The notes under the pieces: generated by a model | The model's database searches: none | Seen by the model: the letters and a program-made list of their open reading frames with translations, nothing else | What the model was told of the DNA's origin: nothing | Translations under genes and position numbers: made by a program | Shown: piece after piece, positions 54,741 through 64,000 of the stretch | Numbering within the stretch: position 1 is the first letter of the stretch | Layout: each line of letters starts with the position of its first letter | Assembly (NCBI GenBank): GCA_038911065.1 | Contig: JBCKBR010000002.1 | Span: 14,957 to 78,956, forward strand | Reading direction: 5' to 3' | Length of the DNA stretch: 64,000 nt | Origin: Gaiellales bacterium | GTDB lineage: Bacteria > Actinomycetota > Thermoleophilia > Gaiellales > F1-60-MAGs149

Positions 54741-57707
54741 CTAGATGCCTATCATCGCTTCGCGCACCGCCTCGCGTGCGTTGTCGATTGCCAGCTTCGT
54801 TAAGGCAGCGAGGGCATCGGCTCCTTCATCTGCATTGCCGGCGAGATTCTGTGTGTCGAGGAGTCGAGTGTTGGCTTGGTCGAGTGCGTACCGCAGTGAT
54901 TGGGCTTCTGTGAGATCCAGATCAAGCCTACGCAGCCTAAGAATCTTCTCGCCGAGCGGGAGGTCATCGAATCCAGAAATCGAGTCACGTAACGCCGTGA
55001 CTACACGTTGTCTATCCTCATTGCCTGTCTCCTCGATCAGGTTTGTGACCATTGGGTTCACGTTACCGTTTGCCTCTTGCATCGCAGTTGCCAATCGCTG
55101 CGCGGCTTGGTGCGTGTCGGCAAGCGACGATTCGCCGAGAATGCTCTCAATTGAAGTGTGGAGATCCCGCACTAGAGTGCTCTGCGCCACGATTGCGGTA
55201 TCAAAATCATCCAGCGTGGGGTCGCCGGAGTCAATTGGCAACTCTCGGTTTTCTAGGTCCCAAACTTGGGTGGCTCCGTTTCCCTGAGAGCGACCAAAGA
55301 ATCTTGCGACCTGGAGAGCAGCCTCGCTGTGAACCTGCTGCTGCTGGACAACAAGTTTCCTCCACTCATCGGCAGCGTGTGCTGCAGGCGTGTTGGCATC
55401 GCCCAGGTCGATAGGGACATCGTTGGTGTCCACCGGTTCGAGAGCGGCATTCATGAACCACCACGATGTCTGCAGTTGAGGTGCTCTAACGGCCCAACTG
55501 TTCTCGCGTTCTTGACGGGCTAGCACCCGAACGCGATCGTCAAGTTCCAGCTTGAAAGACTCGATCTTCTCTAGGTCGGCAGCCACCACCTCACTTGGAA
55601 GATGATTTGCTGCTTGCCTTGCAGGATCCATGCGAACTATGGCGATCAATGTATCGCGAGAGCGCGGATCTCGTTTGAACGTGATGATTGGCGACTCCTG
55701 GGGAGAAAATCCAATTGCTCGAGAATGGATATTGGGACCTGCGGAGATGCCTACGGACACGCAATACTTCTCGACAGGGTCTCCATTCCAAACGAGATTG
55801 TGTTCATTGATGATTTCTGGCCATACGGCAAGTGACTTCAATATGTTCCAGACCAATTTCTGAATGGAAGCCCTCATTGGCGCGGGGAGGAGCACTTCCG
55901 CTCGCGGATCTGCCCATCGTTCGATGCGCGCCAGTCGCTGGTCTTCCTGCGCCGGGGTGGGGGTCGGGGCCGCGGTGGGGCTGGGCTTGGTCTTGGGCTT
56001 GGGCTTGGGGGTGGTGTTGGGATCCTCTGCGCCAACAACCAGGTCTTCCGGGAAACCAAGTGCTGCGGACATGAGTGATCCGCTGCGGCCGGTTGGCTCC
56101 CACCATCGAACGATGTGGTCAAGACGGGCAAGTTCCTCGCCCGCTACGCCTGACGCATCCAGGAGATCCTGCTGTGCGCTATTGAGCGTCCGCAGGTCAT
56201 CCCTGAGTTGCATAGATGGGAAACTCTCGGCCGAACCGGAAGGGAACTTGGCTTCGGCCAACTGCTCTGGCGCGTTGACTAGTGTCGGTAGTACGGTCGT
56301 CTTCAGCAGGAAATCGCGTGGATTGAAGATCCCGTTCTGGCTAGCGGCAGCGGCTAGTCCGCGAATGCTCGATGGGTTGAGCGGGAAGAGTCCAAACCCG
56401 GCCTCGCTTCCAAACGCTTCGTGGCACTCTGGTCGCAACTCGCACTCTGTGCACTTGTTTGGAACCTTGGGGCGGACTGCCGCAACTGCGTTCGGACCAA
56501 CTCGCGCGACGTTCATGTAACGACCAAATAGCTCGCGAATTCGGTTTTCGGAATACGCGGATTCGTGATCGAGATTGAATTCTGAACTCTCACGCCACGT
56601 TGTCGCGCGCGACATGAATGAGTCCCGCAGGCCGCGGAAGGGTTCATTGGTGATTGCGATGACGAAGCGTACGGGGCAGCGAACGAGTCGGTTGTCTTCG
56701 AGTGGAGCCACCTCGAACTCTCTGAAGAGAGTGCCTTGGATGCCGCGAGCGTCTGAAAAGTCCTCAAACACGATCAGCAGTTCCTTGTCGCGTCGGCACA
56801 AAATTTCTCGGAGGGTGCGAAGTGCAGCGCTAAGGTCTCCACTTACCAGTCTCGCCGTGCGACCACGCGCTACATCCAACGCGTGGTTCAGCACGCCCAC
56901 CGTGGTTTCCGGGTGCGCTTCAAGATTATCTCGCCAGGGCGCTCCTGGGGCCAGTTGGAGGAGTTGATGCAAGTCGTCCTCGCTGATGGTGACATCAGCG
57001 CCGATGCTGTCTGCAGCGTGTTGATCCGCCAAACCTCGAACGCAACGCCGTAGCAAGCCGTCGCCAGATTCAAGTGCTTGGCGGACGTTCTCATCATTCA
57101 CGAATGCCGCGAGTCCGCGTTTCGGTGTTTCTATCAGGTCCAGGGCATGTCTTCGAGCGTCATCAGAGAAGTGGGCATCAATCTCGAGGTTTTCTTTAGG
57201 GAATCTGAGCACGTGCTCTAGTTCTGCCCACAGTTTGTGTGTGGCCTCGTCTTCGGTCAGGTCATCGGCTACCGTCATTAGGCCGACTTGATCATGCAAT
57301 AGGCGAATCTCGCCGTCGTCTGTCGAACCGAGAATCGTCCGGACGATCTCGCGCAAGTTTGTGCATGATTTCGGGACGTAGCGAACCTCGAGCCAATCAG
57401 GTTTTTCGCGTTCGATCTTCCGATAGACCCAGTGGAGAAGGTGTGACTTTCCGGTCCCGGGGATACCTGTCACTGCGATGAATCGGTTGGTCCTATGGTC
57501 GCCCTCGCTCGTGATATGAGATAGGAGATCAGCTTGCGTGGCAGGAGTAAAATCCTGCGGTTCTCCGGGGCGACGTAACGGTGATTGCCTCAAAGCAGGC
57601 TCCACGTGCAGTGCATCTAGCAGGTTGCGATCCACTTCCGCAACATCCTGTCTTATGAACTGCTGGTCTCGAACAAGATTGGCATCCCAACATGCTTGCC
57701 AGGTCAT
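54741..57707 (-). CDS. dpdH: P-loop ATPase DpdH
   Basis: GIPGTGKSHL Walker A, LLIVFEDF Walker B, NKCTEC...CHEAFG...LFPLN and FNPR. ATGA overlap with dpdG. Confidence 0.82.
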   Translation of the reverse strand: MTWQACWDANLVRDQQFIRQDVAEVDRNLLDALHVEPALRQSPLRRPGEPQDFTPATQADLLSHITSEGDHRTNRFIAVTGIPGTGKSHLLHWVYRKIEREKPDWLEVRYVPKSCTNLREIVRTILGSTDDGEIRLLHDQVGLMTVADDLTEDEATHKLWAELEHVLRFPKENLEIDAHFSDDARRHALDLIETPKRGLAAFVNDENVRQALESGDGLLRRCVRGLADQHAADSIGADVTISEDDLHQLLQLAPGAPWRDNLEAHPETTVGVLNHALDVARGRTARLVSGDLSAALRTLREILCRRDKELLIVFEDFSDARGIQGTLFREFEVAPLEDNRLVRCPVRFVIAITNEPFRGLRDSFMSRATTWRESSEFNLDHESAYSENRIRELFGRYMNVARVGPNAVAAVRPKVPNKCTECELRPECHEAFGSEAGFGLFPLNPSSIRGLAAAASQNGIFNPRDFLLKTTVLPTLVNAPEQLAEAKFPSGSAESFPSMQLRDDLRTLNSAQQDLLDASGVAGEELARLDHIVRWWEPTGRSGSLMSAALGFPEDLVVGAEDPNTTPKPKPKTKPSPTAAPTPTPAQEDQRLARIERWADPRAEVLLPAPMRASIQKLVWNILKSLAVWPEIINEHNLVWNGDPVEKYCVSVGISAGPNIHSRAIGFSPQESPIITFKRDPRSRDTLIAIVRMDPARQAANHLPSEVVAADLEKIESFKLELDDRVRVLARQERENSWAVRAPQLQTSWWFMNAALEPVDTNDVPIDLGDANTPAAHAADEWRKLVVQQQQVHSEAALQVARFFGRSQGNGATQVWDLENRELPIDSGDPTLDDFDTAIVAQSTLVRDLHTSIESILGESSLADTHQAAQRLATAMQEANGNVNPMVTNLIEETGNEDRQRVVTALRDSISGFDDLPLGEKILRLRRLDLDLTEAQSLRYALDQANTRLLDTQNLAGNADEGADALAALTKLAIDNAREAVREAMIGI

Positions 57708-58591
57708 GCTGCAGATACCTCGACGCGTGCCACAGTTTGGCGCAGATTGCCGGTGATATCTAGGGACCACGGTGTGGTGCGCTCGTCCGCGTCATCGGCT
57801 GAAGTTAGCGTGATCGCTCCATGCCGCTGTATTGCCAAGAGCGCACGGGAGCATCCGCGACTGAAGGTCTGCGGGGCGAGGTGTGGTTGGCCAAGCAAGT
57901 CTGTCATGGCGATTCCGAGTTGACCTTCTGGGAGCCACGGCAACTGGCCGCATAGAGATTCAGCGAAGTCGCCGGCTGGAATGGATTCTCCACGTGGAAA
58001 CGCCTTCGTGCGGAGGCAAGCAAGAACTGCTCTAGCGGGTAGTGGCCGAATTGAACTGTCTTCTCCACTAGGTTCTGCGATTCCGCACCAGATAGCCCAC
58101 CGTTTTAGCGTGTTGACCTGCGTCACATTTGTAACCACCTGCATCGAAGGCACTTGGTGCGCAAGCCCATCTTGGATGTCTTGAGTCGTGAGTGAGACGT
58201 CGGGATCCTGTCGTGCAAGCCAGAGCATGAATACTGCGGAACGCTGAGTGCCATGTTCCGAACTCCCTAAACCTTCTCCCGCAGGTGGCGTTACAAGGGT
58301 TCGGAGGCACGCGATCCGAAAGGCATTGAGATCGGCAACTTCTGGGTTTAGAGCGAGAAGGCCCCCGCCCTGGCTCGTGAAGAGGCCGAGATCAGTTGCA
58401 AGTTGGATCGTGTGGGCAACGTGGCGCCTCGTTGTGCTCCCAACCGGCGTGATGGACCGTCGGATAGCGTCTGTGGAAGCGGGACCAGTTGTAAGGCGGG
58501 AGTGTGCTGCAGTGAGAGCGGAGGGCAGAAACTCCGGTGCGACTATCCGCGCACCTATTGGGCTATCTTCGGGTGGGAGATCAATAGCCAT
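57704..58591 (-). CDS. dpdG: probable DpdG
   Basis: 295 aa between the RecQ-like and ATPase genes. N..Q....RWA...G and S..L.......I.L....DA patterns. Confidence 0.7.
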   Translation of the reverse strand: MAIDLPPEDSPIGARIVAPEFLPSALTAAHSRLTTGPASTDAIRRSITPVGSTTRRHVAHTIQLATDLGLFTSQGGGLLALNPEVADLNAFRIACLRTLVTPPAGEGLGSSEHGTQRSAVFMLWLARQDPDVSLTTQDIQDGLAHQVPSMQVVTNVTQVNTLKRWAIWCGIAEPSGEDSSIRPLPARAVLACLRTKAFPRGESIPAGDFAESLCGQLPWLPEGQLGIAMTDLLGQPHLAPQTFSRGCSRALLAIQRHGAITLTSADDADERTTPWSLDITGNLRQTVARVEVSAA

Positions 58592-58597
58592 GTTGCG

Positions 58598-60922
58598 TCA
58601 GTTGCCGATCCTGCGCCAGAGTGGCCCAGCTTGTGGGAAGTCGTTATGCGACACGATCACCAGATCTGCTTCGAGTTGCTCGACGAGACGTTGAAGGGTT
58701 TGACCATCATCAACATTAGTTAAGATCATTACACGATGGTCGGTGAAGCGGCAGTCTGGTGGTGATGAAATCTCCGTAATGAACGGGGCGGGATCTCTCG
58801 AGGTGAGCCACTCCTCCTCGAGATTCAAAAATGCAGGGGACGTGGGGATGCTGGGATCATCGAAAAGGATCTCTATCGACCCCATGGGCATGCGGCGGAT
58901 GAGGTCATCGAGGGATGGCAGGAGGTTGTTCCTCGCCTGCTCGTCTTCGTGGTCGTAGTAGTAGAACTCGGTGGGAACAAGGGCGCGAGTCAGGTGGCGC
59001 GGTGGGAATGCCCGAGGTTGCGTATCTGTCCGAGGGTGGTCTACAGGGTCGGCGCAACCGCCGCAGAGTGGTCTCGAGGTGGAATCTCGGATCTTGTAAA
59101 CACGTGACAATCGAGAGCAAACTATGCCGTCGCCGACTGCTTTGATCATGTCGTTGTAGCCCTCGCGCGATGCAATGGCGAGTTCGTCCCGAAGCGGACG
59201 AACCAGCCTCCAGTCGAGTTGCTCACCGCCCACCGCAATGGCATTAGGGCGGGCTCTTACCAGCGGACCGTCAATTGAGTGTTCAAGAATCTCGATGACG
59301 TCAGATAGATCCATCAGGAGCAGTGCTTGCCGGTTCCAGTTCTCGTTCGTTTGTCCCCCATAAGGATCTGGAGCCCCAAGTTGCTGCGTCTCCATGTTGA
59401 GGACGAAGCTCCCGTCCTGCCGTCGCCTGCTCTCCCAGAGCCTTGTCATGCGGCTCTCAAGTTCGCCTTTGAGAATTTTAGCTTGCATACTCTTCGCTAC
59501 TCTTTCATCCTCGGGGCAAGAGACTAGAATGCCAACCGCGCCGCGCCCATCGCGGCCCGCTCGGCCAACCTCCTGGAAGTAGCGGGCGATGGTCTCAGGC
59601 ATGCACGCGTGGATGACGGTGCGGATGGATGGAATGTCAACGCCGAGCCCGAAGGCGGACGTCGCAACCACTATGTCTGTATCTCCATCCATGACGCTGG
59701 CCACGACCGTTGCGCGCTCATCAGCATTGGTGCCGCCGTGAACGACCCGAACGCGGCGGTAACCGTCGTCTCGGAGATCTCGATCAAACGAGATCGCATC
59801 TTCGGGGATCGTGAAGAAGACGATGGCCGGCCGCGGGAGGTGTCGGAGCGCCTCCCGCACCCTAGAAAGTTTTGCTTCACGGTCATCTGCCCTGTAGAGC
59901 GCAAACTCCAGTTCGGGGCGAAGGCTATTCGCGCCGACAACGGGAATGTCATCGCCGTCGCCAAACAGGCGAGCGAGAAACGCGTAGTCGTGCTGCGTTA
60001 TCGTTGCGCTCAGCAGAACCGTGCGTGGCGCCATTCCCTCCGGCGCCTGTGCAATCCATTGCTTCCGAAAGGTCGCTATCTCGTGAAAGCTCGGACGAAA
60101 GCCGAGGCCCCACTGGAGAACCATGTGGGCTTCGTCGATCACTATCGTGTCGAGCCGTCCGCCTTGCACGAGTTCGGTGATTATCGTTCCCAGGACGCCA
60201 TCGGTGATGCTCTCAGGGGACGTGAAGAGCACTCGCTGCTCTCCGGTATTCACACGCTCGCGAAGCGCCTGCTTCTGATGCTCTTTGAGGCTCGCGTGAT
60301 AGGCGAGGCAGTGCCGCTTTTCATTAGGCTTGAGAAGCTTGTATTGCCGCTCCTGATCGAGAGCAAGGCTAACGGTGGGAACGATCATCAGCGTCGTGCC
60401 ACCGCTTCCAACTCTCGCCAGAGATCGCACGAGGCCAACGTTTGACTTGCCTCCGCCCGTCGGAAGGCAGACCATGAGCACTTCGCCAGGCTTCATCGCC
60501 GCGACTGATCGTGCAGCGCCGCGATGTTCGAGAGAGAGGTACGAGTCAAAGTTCGTTGCCAGACGCCAGATCGCATCTGGTCGGACGCAGGGTTGAGCAT
60601 CGACCCCACGCAAGCCTGCTTGACCCGCAACCCGCCTGTCGTTGAACTGGAACGTTGGGCGACACAACCAAGCAGGTGCCCACTCCAGCGCGTTGATGAG
60701 TGCCCCGCCGGTCGCGTTCCTTCGATACCCGAGGCTGAAGTCGCCGGCGCATCTCTCGATATCATCTTCCATTCCGGGCGGGACAGGGATCTCCTCCAGC
60801 ATCCTGTGCGCCACGTCGTCCTCTCGCAGCGCCTGCCGAGCAGCAGCCAGGAAGTCGAGGTGCCCCGCCGCTCCTGCTTCGAAGGCCTGGCTCACCCTTG
60901 CCAGTCGATCACGCGCGGTCAT
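58598..60922 (-). CDS. dpdF: RecQ-like helicase DpdF
   Basis: LPTGGGKS, VPTVSLALDQ, TSPE, IDEAHMV..WG..FRP, LSAT, ATSAFGLGVD and QEVGRAGRDG. Confidence 0.88.
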   Translation of the reverse strand: MTARDRLARVSQAFEAGAAGHLDFLAAARQALREDDVAHRMLEEIPVPPGMEDDIERCAGDFSLGYRRNATGGALINALEWAPAWLCRPTFQFNDRRVAGQAGLRGVDAQPCVRPDAIWRLATNFDSYLSLEHRGAARSVAAMKPGEVLMVCLPTGGGKSNVGLVRSLARVGSGGTTLMIVPTVSLALDQERQYKLLKPNEKRHCLAYHASLKEHQKQALRERVNTGEQRVLFTSPESITDGVLGTIITELVQGGRLDTIVIDEAHMVLQWGLGFRPSFHEIATFRKQWIAQAPEGMAPRTVLLSATITQHDYAFLARLFGDGDDIPVVGANSLRPELEFALYRADDREAKLSRVREALRHLPRPAIVFFTIPEDAISFDRDLRDDGYRRVRVVHGGTNADERATVVASVMDGDTDIVVATSAFGLGVDIPSIRTVIHACMPETIARYFQEVGRAGRDGRGAVGILVSCPEDERVAKSMQAKILKGELESRMTRLWESRRRQDGSFVLNMETQQLGAPDPYGGQTNENWNRQALLLMDLSDVIEILEHSIDGPLVRARPNAIAVGGEQLDWRLVRPLRDELAIASREGYNDMIKAVGDGIVCSRLSRVYKIRDSTSRPLCGGCADPVDHPRTDTQPRAFPPRHLTRALVPTEFYYYDHEDEQARNNLLPSLDDLIRRMPMGSIEILFDDPSIPTSPAFLNLEEEWLTSRDPAPFITEISSPPDCRFTDHRVMILTNVDDGQTLQRLVEQLEADLVIVSHNDFPQAGPLWRRIGN

Positions 60923-63900
60923 GGCGCGTCGCCCAATGGGATCCCAGATAGCACTACGAGGCCACACGCGTCAACACCAATCGTTGGCGTCTCTATCCCC
61001 GATCGAATCGCTTCTGTTAGGTTGGCCCAGTTCGTCGCGGCCTCAGTTGCACCAGGTTCCTTGCGAGCGACCATCCTTCTGCACTGTTCCAGCGATACGC
61101 GCTCGAGAGCCTCCGCGCCGGTTGTGATCGCGACTGCGAGGTCGTTGTCGTTGCCAAGCCACTGGGCCGCAGCGCCCCTCACGCGCTCGAACACGTTCTC
61201 CCACCTCTCTCCGTGGAGCGCCTCGTCGACGCGGTACCAGTCATCGATTCGAATGGTCGCATCGCGCTTGAACTGGCCTGGGAAGACGTTGGAATCGATC
61301 GGTGCATTGAGAAGGGCAAGTTCATCTGGTGCGGTCACGACGCCTCCATCAGAACTCAGCCACACCGACTTGAAGCAGGGCGCGAAGTAGGCGGCTGCGA
61401 ATCGCCGAAGAGATGCCGTTTCAAGATGCGTGGTGCCGGCAGCCTCCAATGTCGCCGCTGCCGCTGATAGATCGGGTTCGATGTAGAAGTCGAACAGGAG
61501 GCATGCCCGGTCAGGCAGGTCGGCCAGGCTTGGGCGTGAGCGGAGTTGGGCAAACGTTCTACCTCGGTCGTCCTCTCGAGAGAAGGCTAGGAGCGCCTCG
61601 ACGAAGGGATGGCCAGGGTTGAAGATCCTCTTATGATCTCGAGTTGCCCAGAATCGCTCGAACGTGCCAGTGGTGCGCCCTTCGTCCAGCGCTCCCGAGA
61701 ATTCAACCAGACGGTCTAGAGCAATCAGGGGCGGGTGGCGGGTGCTGGCCGCAATCGTGACCAGGTGTCCTGGCTCCTCCCACTTCATGAATCGAAGGTT
61801 TGCGAGGTCTGGCTGCACCGCTCCGCTAGACCACTGCAGCAGCGCATCGCGCCAGCGGTCGGTGCTCGGAGCCTCTTCGGCGCGCGAGACCGACTCGTAG
61901 AGGTCGCTCTGGTGCGTTGCAGTTGAGCCGAGCGCGAGGGCTTCCTCGCGCTCAACGCGCTCCAGTTCGTCGGCTAACTCAGTCGTAACGATGGCCTGCC
62001 ATCGCGCACACAGGCCGTCTGCGCCTTGCACCAAGGCATCGTGGAGGCAGGCGTTGCTGAGCCTTGCCATGGGGGACTGAAGCGTCGCCCGTGACTCGTC
62101 GAACAAGCCGAACCCTTCCGTGAGCAGGTCGAGCCACTCGGCTTCGAAGCGGGACCGGCCTAGGACCACGACGTGTTCCTGCACCTCTGCATCGCCGTAC
62201 CGATCAAACCGCCCAATGCGCTGCTCCCATCGGACCGGGTCGATGATGAGGCCCGCGTGGATGACCATGGTCGCGCGCTGGAGGTTCTGTCCCACCTCGC
62301 CAAGTTCATCAACCACGAGAATCGAACCGTCGAGTCCCGAATCTCCGCGCTCCTTGAACCACAGAGCAGCGCGAGGGTCTTCGTCCGAAAGGCGTCTAAT
62401 CACATCGCGCTGTCTCAGCCGACATCGCGCCATGAGTTCCGCAAAGACGTCGGTAGCGGCCTGCTGTGAGTGCGTGAGGATCACGACGTTGGCGTTCTCA
62501 TTCACGGCTTCTAACGCGAGCCTGCCCACCTCGCCCAATCGGGCTGCCTGCTCGCCCTGACCAGAGAGTTCGAGTACATCCGCGTACGCATTGTGTATAT
62601 CAATGTGCTCGGGCGCTTCTGATTGCGCTTCCGCTCTTGGGGTGAGCATGGGCGTCATGAGCGCATCTAGGTGCGAGCGAATGAGGCTCATGGCTTCAGA
62701 GTTCACTACCTCAATGGGTGCTTCGAGTAGAGCGATGGAATCCACATACGCATCGACAGCCCAGTGCCTGTCCGCGTGTTCCTCGAGCAGCACGACCGTT
62801 GGCCGCTGTCGGCCAACCACCGGCATTCGCATGCCGAGCACGCCGTTGCGCCGCTCTCGGATGGCCCGGGCGAGGAGGCGGTGCGTTTCGGTGACGTATG
62901 CAGAGAGGTCGAGAAGCGGCTCCACATGGGCGTCGCCATCTCTCAGGTCGTGTTCCGAAATCTCGGCAACTGCTTGGCGAATATGATCGTCGTCAGTGGT
63001 TTCGAGCAGAAGATCCAAGCCTCTCTGAATAGTGCCTTGCATGTTTCCAGGGCGAATGAACCGCAGCGCATCAGCAATCCGGCCTCGCTGGTCCTGCGCC
63101 TCTCGAAGCCATGCCAGGCGCTGGTCCTGGTCGGTCATGTGCGGCTGCAGCAGCCTCATCATGCGGAGCATGGCTTCTGGATCGTCAAGAGGAGGTGTGG
63201 CCGTGAGTAGGAGAACGCCGCGCGCTGCCACTGCGGCGCGCTCGATCCAGGAGTAGAACCCCTCGTCGGACAGCACGTCATGCGCCTCATCAACGACGAG
63301 CAGCGAGTGTGATGCGCTGGAGCCACGCATTGCCTCCGTTGCGGTTCTGATGGCGCATCGGCCAGGAAAGTCGGATTCCGTGTGAAACCGCCCGGCAAGT
63401 TCCTCGGTCCACTGTGCGCAAAGAGCGTCAGGGCTAACCACCAGGACGGTTCCCGTCGAATCCAGCAGGTGCTGTCGAATGATCAGGCCAGCCTCTATCG
63501 TCTTTCCCATACCAACCTCGTCGGCGAGGATGTACCGCTGAACTGGGTCTGACAGAACCTGTCGGGCAGTCTCTATCTGGTGAGGGACAAGATCGATCGA
63601 CGAGGATGCGAGGCTGGTGACGCCGCGATAGGCGCGAGCGCGCTCGAGATACTCTCGGACGAACATAGATCGCGATGCATGGAACCTTCGCGACTCGATG
63701 ACGCGATGCTGCAGGAAACGAGAGGCATCTGTGATCGGCGCATTAGCTCGAACGCGAACCGCTGCCTCGGGCAATACGCGTTCGGCGCCGCTAACCCGAA
63801 CGATGCATCGCCGATCATCAGGAAAATGGTCGAGAACGCGGCCCGGGATGAGGTTTCCCTCTAGCTGCACGTAGGCCCGCGTTTCGGGCATGAGGTGGGT

Positions 63901-64000
63901 GCGACGGACCATCGCAGGCGAATAGGTCTCAACGATCTCACCGTCGGCACCCGGGTGGATGAAGTGCGAGACCGTGATCAGGTCATCTCCAACTGCTTGG
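60919..64000 (-). CDS. dpdE: SNF2/RapA-like helicase DpdE (5' end outside window)
   Basis: LVPHQ, ILADEVGMGKTIEAG, VVDEAH, LTATP and EQRIGRFDRYG. The frame stays open to position 64000. Confidence 0.88.
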   Translation of the reverse strand, partial: QAVGDDLITVSHFIHPGADGEIVETYSPAMVRRTHLMPETRAYVQLEGNLIPGRVLDHFPDDRRCIVRVSGAERVLPEAAVRVRANAPITDASRFLQHRVIESRRFHASRSMFVREYLERARAYRGVTSLASSSIDLVPHQIETARQVLSDPVQRYILADEVGMGKTIEAGLIIRQHLLDSTGTVLVVSPDALCAQWTEELAGRFHTESDFPGRCAIRTATEAMRGSSASHSLLVVDEAHDVLSDEGFYSWIERAAVAARGVLLLTATPPLDDPEAMLRMMRLLQPHMTDQDQRLAWLREAQDQRGRIADALRFIRPGNMQGTIQRGLDLLLETTDDDHIRQAVAEISEHDLRDGDAHVEPLLDLSAYVTETHRLLARAIRERRNGVLGMRMPVVGRQRPTVVLLEEHADRHWAVDAYVDSIALLEAPIEVVNSEAMSLIRSHLDALMTPMLTPRAEAQSEAPEHIDIHNAYADVLELSGQGEQAARLGEVGRLALEAVNENANVVILTHSQQAATDVFAELMARCRLRQRDVIRRLSDEDPRAALWFKERGDSGLDGSILVVDELGEVGQNLQRATMVIHAGLIIDPVRWEQRIGRFDRYGDAEVQEHVVVLGRSRFEAEWLDLLTEGFGLFDESRATLQSPMARLSNACLHDALVQGADGLCARWQAIVTTELADELERVEREEALALGSTATHQSDLYESVSRAEEAPSTDRWRDALLQWSSGAVQPDLANLRFMKWEEPGHLVTIAASTRHPPLIALDRLVEFSGALDEGRTTGTFERFWATRDHKRIFNPGHPFVEALLAFSREDDRGRTFAQLRSRPSLADLPDRACLLFDFYIEPDLSAAAATLEAAGTTHLETASLRRFAAAYFAPCFKSVWLSSDGGVVTAPDELALLNAPIDSNVFPGQFKRDATIRIDDWYRVDEALHGERWENVFERVRGAAAQWLGNDNDLAVAITTGAEALERVSLEQCRRMVARKEPGATEAATNWANLTEAIRSGIETPTIGVDACGLVVLSGIPLGDAP

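Noticed and set aside
55950-56020. Hexamer-like repeats (PKPKPKTKPSPTAAPTPTP) in dpdH
   Set aside because: Ordinary in-frame Pro-rich linker with no sign of phase variation.
1-64000. Integrase, transposase, tRNA or prophage structural genes explaining the island
   Set aside because: None recognised, so any dedicated recombinase for the proposed shuffling must be outside the window, or shuffling relies on host recombination.

Overview
High-GC accessory or defence island, probably from an actinobacterium (many TANNNT-N6-8-ATG leaderless starts, PknH-type receptor kinases). No rRNA, tRNA, CRISPR, integrase, transposase or reverse transcriptase was recognised. (1) 1-15 kb: a partial Rieske oxygenase missed by the ORF track, an Lrp regulator, four toxin-antitoxin modules (RelE/Gp49-HigA, Phd-like/PemK-like, MNT-HEPN, AbiEi with truncated AbiEii) and scattered gene fragments. 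(2) 4-28 kb: the most unusual feature, a family of co-oriented genes built from about 65 copies of a 96-bp (32-aa) Sel1/TPR-like module. They share a 5' block and N-cap (MGLFKKQQQQSSDD), often share a C-cap (LAELDAxSN[ECG]), vary at a few fixed positions in each repeat, are fused in frame to unrelated cargo domains, and are punctuated by a 36-bp palindrome. This looks like a module-shuffling repertoire. (3) 28-45 kb: SF2 helicase, DUF4268 nuclease-like protein, three receptor Ser/Thr kinases with DUF3800, an FHA-FHA-HtrA protease, an RDD protein and an inverted gene duplication. (4) 45-64 kb: an EndoIII-like glycosylase and queC converging on a dpdE-F-G-H-I-J-K-D operon (7-deazaguanine DNA modification/restriction system) that ends in a VUT/YhhQ-type transporter. 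All family calls come from reading motifs by eye, not from database searches.
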